64,000 nt of DNA from Desulfatiglandales bacterium (lineage in GTDB: Bacteria > Desulfobacterota > DSM-4660 > Desulfatiglandales > HGW-15). The position numbers were made by a program, and so were the translations under genes. This document shows positions 58,586 to 64,000 of the stretch, piece by piece. The notes beneath the pieces are model-generated. The model was not told where the DNA came from and made no database searches. It saw only the letters and a program-made list of their open reading frames with translations. The stretch is from the NCBI GenBank assembly GCA_963667015.2, contig CAXXJJ010000001.1, positions 64,001 through 128,000 on the forward strand. Reading direction: 5' to 3'. The first letter of the stretch is position 1. Each line of letters opens with the position of its first letter.

Positions 58586-58999
58586 CTACATTGATTTAAG
58601 ACGTTTCTTGATTTCCCTTTTCTGCACCTCGTCCTTGAACTTATACATCTTGTGAATAATATATGATTCCGTTCCGTGGGAATCTGCAACAATTATATTA
58701 TCAAAGCCGGACTTTACCCGGTTGATGGTCACTGTAATACCTATGCTCTCGCTAGCGGGTAATGAAATAGCAGGACGCTGCAGGACAACCAGGTAAAACT
58801 CATTGAAATTACTTCTAATTATTAGCGACTGATGATCTATGGATTCCCAGCTGTCTATCCGAAAGTTGCTGATTTCCTTTTGTTCCTGAAGCTCATTATC
58901 AAAGTTATATTTATCCGCCACCTTAAATGGCGCTGTCGCACATGCGATTGCCAGAAGCGATAGTATTAAAATACCTGAAAGTTTTGTTATCGCCTTCAT
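58586..58999 (-). CDS. Small lipoprotein (DUF6491-like)
   Basis: Lipobox AIAC; ISNFRIDSWESIDHQSLII..FYLVVL.RP..L; similar to the BlaR1 C-terminal domain. Confidence 0.7.
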   Translation of the reverse strand: MKAITKLSGILILSLLAIACATAPFKVADKYNFDNELQEQKEISNFRIDSWESIDHQSLIIRSNFNEFYLVVLQRPAISLPASESIGITVTINRVKSGFDNIIVADSHGTESYIIHKMYKFKDEVQKREIKKRLKSM

Positions 59000-59068
59000 T
59001 TTCTCATCTCCTTATTATTACAGGTTATACATGATAATTATTAATTTTCATTATCATTTACTGAAATA

Positions 59069-59110
59069 AATATACGAACTATTTCGTAAGTGTCAACGAA
59101 TTTATTCGTA
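59069..59110 (-). promoter_or_regulatory. Sigma-70 promoter overlapped by two BlaI-type operator dyads
   Basis: TACGAA-CTAT-TTCGTA (59073-59088) and AACGAA-TTTA-TTCGTA (59095-59110); minus-strand TTGACA (59096-59091), 16 nt, TATATT. Confidence 0.8.
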
Positions 59111-59306
59111 GAATTGGAAATTAAATTTTATATGTTCCTATCTTAATGATTTTATTATATTTATTAGTATTGATTTGCACTTACTGGGGTTTTGAGACAG
59201 GTTATAAACCTGATAAAATGAGAAAGATGGTCTCCTTTAAGGAATAACTTCAACTGTGTTATAAGTAATCGCCCAAAACAACTTAAACACAGCAAAGGAG
59301 ACCACG

Positions 59307-59564
59307 ATGGATGATACCATTTATGATCACTATATAGCAATTGATTGGTCAGAAATAAATATGGCAATTGCCAGAATGACAAAGAAATCAAATAAAATAA
59401 CAGTAGTAGGTGTACCATCAGACATTAAAGAGCTTCAGGTATATTTAAAGGTTTTAAGTAGTAAAAAGGTATTGGTAATAGAGGAAACAACAGTATCCCA
59501 ATGGCTTTATACCGAATTAAATGATTATGTTGATAAATTGATAATCTGTGATCCCCATAACTGA
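59307..59564 (+). pseudogene. IS110-family transposase N-terminal fragment
   Basis: YIAIDWS...VIEETTVSQWLY...ICDP (DEDD RuvC-like start); truncated after 85 aa; RBS AAGGAG. Confidence 0.65.
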
Positions 59565-59688
59565 GTTTTCAGAAATGTCATATGAAGAGGTTGGTAAAAT
59601 ATTGGGTATTCCTTCGGGGACAGTAGGTTCAAGAAGGAATAAAGCAGTAAGTATTATGAAAGAAAAATTCAATAAGATATATGGTTAG
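59557..59688 (+). pseudogene. 3' remnant of an ECF sigma factor (region 4)
   Basis: ITEFSEMSYEEVGKILGIPSGTVGSRRNKAVSIMKEKF* in a frame fused directly to the IS110 fragment. Confidence 0.7.
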
Positions 59689-59960
59689 TTATTATGAGTG
59701 AGAAAATCAATTTTGACAGTCTATTTAAAAACTATGACCCTCCAGAGGGAGGTATTCATGCCCTGAGAGAAAAGTTGGATAAAGTGGAAAGAAAAGGTAA
59801 CCTTTCTTCTATTCCCAAAATTGCATTTGCATCTACATTTGCTGCAGTTATCTTCCTTGCTGTGTTGCTTATTCCCGGTCTGTTAAAGCCGAAAAGGAAT
59901 TTATTTGTTGATCTTGTAAACAAGTCAGGCAACCCTGTGTTTATAAAATATGGTTATATA

Positions 59961-61070
59961 TACGCAGCGACATAATTAATTGCGCAAATTAAACAAGTAT
60001 GTTATGATGCTTTCATGAAAGCATCCAAAATAACAGACACAGAAAATATTATTTTCATCCTCCAAGATGAAATACGCCGGACAGATGAGGCGCGCTACGA
60101 TCATAGGCTTCATGCCATACTTCTTGTAGCTCAAGGTATGAGCAGCAGACAAGCCGCACAGTATCTTGGTGATTCTCCAAGGACTGTAGCATACTGGGTT
60201 CAAAGATTCGAAGCTGAAGGTCTTTCAGGGCTTGCTGATGCAGATAGACCCGGAAGAACTAAAAAGCTGAATCAGGTGCAGATGAATAAAATAGAGATTG
60301 CTTTACGTAATTCACCTATTGATTACGGATTATCAGGCAATCTATGGGACGGCAAAACATTATCTGCCCACATCCAAAAAGAATTTGGAGTCCAGTTAGG
60401 TGTACGTCAATGTCAGCGCATGTTCAGGCAATTAGGTTTTCGGCTAAGGAAACCACGTTCAAAAATCGCTAATGCTGACGCCTCTCGAAAAGAGGACTTT
60501 AAAAAAAATTCTAAAACTTATGAAGGATGATAAATACGACATTTGGGCAATTGATGAAGTTCACTTCCAACAATATGGTTCATGCTGCCGTATGTGGATA
60601 CCTCCAGAAGTCAAAGAACCTATCCTATTGCATCATCCTACACGTGCCAGCGTTGGTTACTATGGAGCAGTAAGACTTCGTGATGGTAAGTTTGCATATA
60701 AGCCTGAATGGGATAAATTTAATGGTGAAACATTTTTTTCCTTTCTTAAGTATTTAAGAAGGATCAGTTCCCATTCAGGTCGAAAAGTGATTATTATTAG
60801 TGACAATGCCAGATATCATCATGCCAAACTGCATAAAAACTGGCGTGATCAATGTTCAAAACAATTTGAATTAATGTATTTGCCTCCATATAGTCCGGAG
60901 TTAAACCCTATTGAACGTGTCTGGAAACTTACAAGAAGGATGGCCGTACATAACAGTTATTTTCCTTCTTTACAAAGTGTAGCTGATGCTATTGAATCAT
61001 TGTTTGATACTTGGTCTTGTGGCAACAATACATTATTAAAGTTATGCGCATTTATTTAAGTCGCACAGTA
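59961..61070 (+). mobile_element. IS630-family insertion sequence (1110 bp), TA duplication
   Basis: IR TACGCAGCGACATAATTAATTGCGCA vs reverse complement of the right end TACTGTGCGACTTAAATAAATGCGCA; TA at 59959-60 and 61071-72. Confidence 0.9.
60015..61059 (+). CDS. IS630 transposase in two overlapping ORFs (60015..60530 HTH; 60472..61059 DDE) joined by frameshift at TTTAAAAAAAA
   Basis: HTH GLADADRPGR and LGFRLRKPR; WAIDEVHF, ISDNARYH, LPPYSPELNPIERVW; slippery run at 60498-60508. Confidence 0.85.
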
Positions 61071-61205
61071 TAAAAAAAGGGAATGAAGCGGTAACCATTT
61101 CTGCTGATGCAAGATCACATCTTGCGGCATTACGTGTTGAAACATCAAACGAAAAGGTAAAATTTTATTTGATTGAGAGTACTATGTAAGCAAGGGCAAA
61201 ATAAA

Positions 61206-61231
61206 AGGGCGAAAAATTTTTCGCCCCTACA
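61206..61231 (-). repeat. GTAG-type REP palindrome (upstream of RAYT)
   Basis: Reverse complement TGTAGGGGCGAAAAATTTTTCGCCCT. Confidence 0.8.
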
Positions 61232-61259
61232 AAAGCCCGACCAGGAGATATAAATAGTA

Positions 61260-61808
61260 ATGAATTCCTCCGGACATAGACGATCCATTCGACTAAAAGG
61301 ATATGATTATTCCACGAAAGGGGCATATTTTATAACGGTTTGTGCATTGGATCGAAAATGTCTGTTTGGAAATATCGAATACGGGGAAATGAGACTTAAC
61401 AAGGTTGGGGAAACAGTCAAAAAATATTGGGAAGAAATTCCCTTGCATTTTCCTCATGTCAAGCTGAATGATTACATAATCATGCCGAATCATATCCATG
61501 GAATACTGGTTATCGAAGATGAAATTGTAGGGGCGAATAATTATTCGCCCTCAAAGGTTGGGTTATCGAAAGGTACATCTAAAACAATCGGATCAGTTAT
61601 CCGTGGTTTCAAGATTGGCGTAACAAAATGGATCAGGCAGCATACCAAAATAGAACATATATGGCAGCGCAATTTTTATGAGCATGTTATCCGGAATGAA
61701 GATGAATTAAACCTTGTGAGGGAATACATACAAAACAATCCAAAACAATGGGAAATGGACAGGGAAAACCCTGATGCTGTTGATCCATCGGATGAATTGG
61801 TTTTTTAG
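61260..61808 (+). CDS. REP-associated tyrosine transposase (RAYT, Y1 HUH)
   Basis: RRSIRLKGYDYS..GAYFITVC, IMPNHIHGI (HUH), IWQRNFYEHVIRN, YIQNNP. Confidence 0.88.
   Translation: MNSSGHRRSIRLKGYDYSTKGAYFITVCALDRKCLFGNIEYGEMRLNKVGETVKKYWEEIPLHFPHVKLNDYIIMPNHIHGILVIEDEIVGANNYSPSKVGLSKGTSKTIGSVIRGFKIGVTKWIRQHTKIEHIWQRNFYEHVIRNEDELNLVREYIQNNPKQWEMDRENPDAVDPSDELVF
61526..61551 (+). repeat. REP palindrome inside the RAYT coding sequence
   Basis: TGTAGGGGCGAATAATTATTCGCCCT, encoding VGANNYSP. Confidence 0.8.
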
Positions 61809-61832
61809 GGTGAAAAATTTTTCACCCCTACA
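61807..61832 (-). repeat. GTAG-type REP palindrome (downstream of RAYT)
   Basis: Reverse complement TGTAGGGGTGAAAAATTTTTCACCCT. Confidence 0.8.
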
Positions 61833-61911
61833 ATGACATGGGATCTTCGACAAGCCAGTGAATGACGGAAGAGGATTTTTGTGCTTTAACCTTCAACATT
61901 TTTTATGGGTT

Positions 61912-61962
61912 TTCTCTGTGTCCTCTGCGGGCTCTAGTGACCAAAGGGAACGGGCGAGAGAA
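61912..61962. repeat. Dispersed repeat, copy 3 (right arm only)
   Basis: TTCTCTGTGTCCTCTGCGGGCTCTAGTGACCAAAGGGAACGGGCGAGAGAA, 47/51 identical to 1525-1575. Confidence 0.8.
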
Positions 61963-63288
61963 TTAGGATTCTTTTTTTGTTTTGCCTCTCTTGCCGGAGT
62001 TTAGATCCATTCTTTTCTTGATCTCTCTTTCCATTCCCCTGTCCGTGGGATGATAGAAAACAGTGTTTTTGATCTGTTCCGGCAGATATTCCTGGTCGAC
62101 CTTTGCATCAGGGTAGTTATGGGGATAAAGGTACCCCCGGCTGTAGCCCAGTTCTTTCATAAGTTTTGTGGGGGCGTTTCTTATATGAAGGGGAACCGCC
62201 AGTGCCCCTGATTTTTTAATCTCCTTTTTAACCGCCATTTCTGCAACATACAATGCATTGCTCTTCGGCGCGGTAGCGAGATAGACTGCGGCCTCAACAA
62301 GGGCAAGCTCCGCCTCCGGGGGCCCGATCTTTTCCCAGGCCTCAAAGGCGTTTAACGCAACCTGCAGGGCGCTGGTGTCGGCTATCCCGATATCCTCCGA
62401 CGCAAACCTTATCATCCTTCTTGCAATATAAAGGGGGTCTTCTCCAGCCACAAGCATCCTGTACAGCCAGTAGACAGATGCCTGCACATCGCTTCCCCTA
62501 AGGCTCTTATGAAAGGCAGAAATAATGTTGTAGTGTTCTTCACCGTCCTTGTCATAGGGAAGAGATTTTTTATCAAGGGCCGCCTCTACCAGTTCAACGG
62601 TTATCTCGTTATTGCTGTCTTTATCTTCAACAGTATAATGGGCGGCTATCTCAAGGTTGTTAAGGGCGGATCTTGCATCACCGCCTGAAATATCAATTAT
62701 ATGATCAAGGGCCTTTGGGTGCAGCTTGAGCCCAAGTTCGCCGAGACCTTTTTCTCTGTCAATAACAGCCCTGTTGATTATCTTTTTTAATCCCTCCTCA
62801 TCAAGGGATTTGAGGACCATTACCCTTGCCCTTGAAAGGAGGGGCGGGATTACCTCAAAGGAGGGATTCTGTGTTGTAGCACCAACCAGGATGATAAGAC
62901 CGCTTTCTATATGGGGAAGGAAGGCATCCTGCTGTGCCTTGTTGAACCGGTGTATTTCATCAACAAAAAGGATCGTGGATTCCCCGGTTTCAGCTCTTTC
63001 TTTTTCCGCTTCTCCAAGAATTTCGCGAAGATCCTTTAGCCCGGATGTAACCGCAGAAAATGCTCTGAAGGATTTTTTTGTATACCTTGCTATGAGTCTT
63101 GCAAGGGTAGTTTTTCCTGTCCCCGGGGGGCCCCAGAATATTACTGAAAAAATTCTCCCCGAATCCAGCGCCCTCCTTAAGGCACATTTAGGACCAAGGA
63201 GATGTTCCTGTCCTACTATGAGGTCAATATTATCCGGCCTTATTCTTTCAGCAAGAGGAGTCTCGGGTTGTGCTGTTTTGTCTGCCAT
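61963..63288 (-). CDS. rarA: Replication-associated recombination protein A (MgsA/RarA AAA+ ATPase)
   Basis: PLAERIRP, FWGPPGTGKTT, FVDEIHRFNKAQQD, ISAFHKSLRGSD, ASEDIG, VPLHIRNAPTKLM. Confidence 0.95.
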   Translation of the reverse strand: MADKTAQPETPLAERIRPDNIDLIVGQEHLLGPKCALRRALDSGRIFSVIFWGPPGTGKTTLARLIARYTKKSFRAFSAVTSGLKDLREILGEAEKERAETGESTILFVDEIHRFNKAQQDAFLPHIESGLIILVGATTQNPSFEVIPPLLSRARVMVLKSLDEEGLKKIINRAVIDREKGLGELGLKLHPKALDHIIDISGGDARSALNNLEIAAHYTVEDKDSNNEITVELVEAALDKKSLPYDKDGEEHYNIISAFHKSLRGSDVQASVYWLYRMLVAGEDPLYIARRMIRFASEDIGIADTSALQVALNAFEAWEKIGPPEAELALVEAAVYLATAPKSNALYVAEMAVKKEIKKSGALAVPLHIRNAPTKLMKELGYSRGYLYPHNYPDAKVDQEYLPEQIKNTVFYHPTDRGMEREIKKRMDLNSGKRGKTKKES

Positions 63289-63998
63289 CAGTATTCAACC
63301 ATGAAAATCTCACAAACCCTTTTAACCGCACTTTTTAAGTCAAAGGGTTTTGAAATAATATGATCCGGGCCTGTTTCTTCTGAACGCCCATGGTCCTTGA
63401 TATGTGATCCATTCTTTAAACCAACAGTGATAAGCCCGGGATTTATCTGCCGGCATTTTTTCCAGAATGCCCTGTTATTCACTCCCAGGCCTTCAACATC
63501 AGCTATAAGCAGGTTAATCTTTTTCTTTTTGATTGCAGCAAGACCATCAATAGTACTCCCGGTTTTATCAACCCGGCACCCCTTTTCAGTAAGTAAATGG
63601 GCGAATAGTTCCTTTGCGATATCTTCGGGCTGAATTATAAGTATTCTGGCCTTTTTCAGTTTATTTAGATCTACCTTCTTTCTTTTTGGCGGTTCTTTAT
63701 AAACCGGCAGGATTATCTGAAAAATATTACCCTGTCCCCCGCCCGGAAGATATTCAATCTCGCCATGATGTTTCTCAATAACTGCCCTTGCATATCTCAT
63801 CCCGAGTTCGTGAACGCGAGATGGACCATCCACGGCAAATGGCTCGAAAATACTTTCTATCCTGTTTTCCCTGACACTCAGGCCGCTGTCCTGGATATAG
63901 ATGTATATTTTTTCCGCATTTTCTTCTGTCGTAATATGAATCTCTCCTGCGCCGGAGACATTTGAAATCGAGTTCAGGAATAACTGGGTAATTGCATC
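63288..63998 (-). CDS. C-terminal part of a degenerate hybrid histidine kinase/receiver protein (runs off the window)
   Basis: Frame open to the window edge: LFLNSISNV..IYIQDSGLS..IFEPF..HELGM..HHGEI (HATPase-like), then REC-like LLIAD...SKPFD. Confidence 0.7.
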   Translation of the reverse strand, partial: DAITQLFLNSISNVSGAGEIHITTEENAEKIYIYIQDSGLSVRENRIESIFEPFAVDGPSRVHELGMRYARAVIEKHHGEIEYLPGGGQGNIFQIILPVYKEPPKRKKVDLNKLKKARILIIQPEDIAKELFAHLLTEKGCRVDKTGSTIDGLAAIKKKKINLLIADVEGLGVNNRAFWKKCRQINPGLITVGLKNGSHIKDHGRSEETGPDHIISKPFDLKSAVKRVCEIFMVEY

Positions 63999-64000
63999 TG

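Larger units (their letters stand above)
59694..61189 (+). pseudogene. Single-TM (anti-sigma-like) gene interrupted by IS630
   Basis: Removing 59961..61072 restores ...FIKYGYI-KKGNEAVTISADARSHLAALRVETSNEKVKFYLIESTM* (127 aa). Confidence 0.75.

Noticed and set aside
1..64000. tRNA, rRNA, CRISPR arrays, known riboswitches
   Set aside because: None recognised by eye in the intergenic regions; an Rfam/tRNAscan search would be needed to exclude them formally.

Overview
Bacterial chromosomal window with AT-rich intergenic DNA. Gene content (selenoprotein, sigma-54-type promoters, small conserved proteins) suggests an anaerobic Desulfobacterota-like organism, which is an inference. From left to right: (1) serA, an S1/P1-type nuclease and a SWIM-SNF2 helicase. 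(2) A cell-surface protein locus with STN-like proteins, an orphan subtilase pro-domain, an InlB-B-repeat adhesin, and a VIT-vWA protein with GlyGly-CTERM next to its rhombosortase. (3) A hidden 573-aa selenoprotein (in-frame TGA in a U-D-G-C motif with a SECIS-like hairpin) that the ORF track splits in two. (4) A redox/oxidative-stress block with a Zn-macrodomain plus class-M sirtuin, a broken UV glycosylase, flavoproteins and a C30 carotenoid set (crtN, aldH, crtP, crtQ; no crtM or crtO). (5) A Wzy-dependent exopolysaccharide cluster whose priming transferase carries a PilZ-like tail, headed by an orphan motB-motA pair. (6) Pirin and thioredoxin-like genes and a lipoprotein-blaI-blaR1 module with a clear tandem operator. 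(7) A mobile-element hotspot (IS110 remnant, IS630, RAYT with REPs), rarA and a partial degenerate hybrid kinase. Three complete IS elements with resolvable ends and a dispersed palindromic repeat family are present. No rRNA, tRNA or CRISPR array was seen. All family assignments come from motif recognition by eye; no database search was run.
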